From: Camelus ferus
Taxonomy: Eukaryota
Length of the DNA stretch: 64,000 nucleotides
Direction: 5' to 3'
Assembly (NCBI RefSeq): GCF_009834535.1
Contig: NC_045707.1
Span: forward strand, 52,392,001-52,456,000
Numbering within the stretch: the stretch's first letter is position 1; every line of letters begins with the position of its first letter. A program made the position numbers and the translations under genes. The notes under the pieces are model-generated. The model was given only the letters and a program-made list of their open reading frames with translations. It was not told where the DNA came from and made no database searches. This document shows positions 62,752-64,000 of the stretch, in pieces.

Positions 62752-63824
62752 ATTTAAAAATAACTTCTAGAGCTTCAGAAATACAAAAGCTTGCCACGGA
62801 GTTCATGACAGTCCCAACTGAAGGCCAACAGAGGTTCGGGAAGTGTGGTCCTTATCTTGAATTATCTGCATAATTCCTCCTGTTTTCTGCATTTCGTTTC
62901 GTGTTCCCTTATGAACTTGTGGGTTCTGCAATCATGAGCCTTGGCCTGGCACATCCCAAAATCTCAGTTAGAGCCAAATCTACTCTAAGCGTTTAAATGA
63001 CAGCCAGCTGTCGTTTGGATATCGAACTGGTGCCGCAGCGCTTTCAAACGGATGGAAAATCAATGTACAACTCGTCGGAGACGTGTGAAAAGTGGACAAG
63101 ATTTGTGAAACCAAATGTGGAGAATATTTTATTATTTTAAATTTTTTCTGACAGCATGGTCGTTTCCTTTGGCATCTGTACACTCTGCTTTTTAATTTGT
63201 TAAGGCTGATATACATATATTTGCATTTAGATTTACACCCTGTCATATAATAAACACTGAAAATCATTATAATTAAACGTGGTTAAATCTACATGTCAGT
63301 TTTCCTACAGGTTCACAGTATGGAGCCATACACAAAATCCCGAAGGTGGAATTTCTTCACGGGCTGCACACAGGAACCAGTGGACGTCAGTGTCTGCAGG
63401 TGTGTAACGGCTCCCACGCGGTTGGGAGTGTGCATTAGAGAATGGGATGTGGGGAGTATATCCCGCAGGGAGGCAGGGTTGGAGCAGAGCTGGGACAGAC
63501 CAAGAGCCTTCAAGTCCTCTTGGAGGCCTCTTCACTTAAATGCAACGTGTCTTGAACAGGATACAGTTCTGATTGACTGGGGATTTAGGGAAAATTTCTC
63601 TAAGGAAAAAAAGTACGTTAAACGAAAGAACTAAGCTTGAAACGTAAAAATGGGGGCCAAGCCCACAAGCTGCAATCTTAGGATGATGTGAGGAAGGCAT
63701 GTTTAACGACTGGACTGAGAAAAAGGTTTGAGCCCTGCCGCTGGCATCTCCTCTGAAGCGCTGTGACGCTGAGCCCCGCCAGCCACAAACAGCGCAAACG
63801 CCAACCACACATTTCTCAGATGCT

Positions 63825-64000
63825 CTGTGAATCATACTGACAAGGTACTGGGTCCCCAGCCTACCTCTGGGTTTGATGATTTGCCAGAAGGACCCATGGG
63901 ACCCAACATATAGTCAATGATACAGCAAAAGGGTACGAGGCAGAGTCAGCAAAGGGAAAAGCACACAGGGTGAAGCCCAGGGGAGACGGGCATAAACTTC
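63825..64000. mobile_element. MER21-like LTR fragment, cut by the window edge
   Basis: gggtttgatgatttgccagaaggac...tacagcaaaagg...tcagcaaagggaaaag. Confidence 0.6.

Larger units (their letters stand above)
60848..64000 (-). other. ST6GAL2: 3' part of the last ST6GAL2 intron (preceding exon outside the window)
   Basis: No sequence encoding the first half of sialylmotif S (PPSSG) was found up to the window edge. The interval contains SINE, L1 and LTR fragments. Confidence 0.8.

Noticed and set aside
1..64000. CRISPR array, operon or other prokaryotic system
   Set aside because: The sequence is mammalian; no repeat-spacer arrays or bacterial genes were seen.

Overview
Mammalian genomic DNA, most likely camelid (four copies of a short tRNA-derived Vic-1-like SINE, plus eutherian L1/L2/MIR/MaLR/MER repeats). 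The only intact coding sequence is the last coding exon of ST6GAL2 on the minus strand (60594-60847). It is followed by a ~4.4 kb 3'UTR ending near an AATAAA at 56164-56169; the rest of the gene lies beyond the right edge. Most other ORF-track entries are noise or repeat-derived. The main discovery is on the plus strand at ~2.3-13 kb. Manual three-frame reading reveals a heavily decayed, intron-containing contactin-like gene, with relics of Ig1-Ig6 and three FN3 domains in the correct order, several intact splice sites, and a possible GPI-signal exon. It is far more compact than canonical CNTN1-6 and has a different exon layout, suggesting a lost contactin paralog (unitary pseudogene). Reference protein motifs quoted are from memory and need database confirmation. 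No CRISPR, rRNA or genuine tRNA genes were seen.
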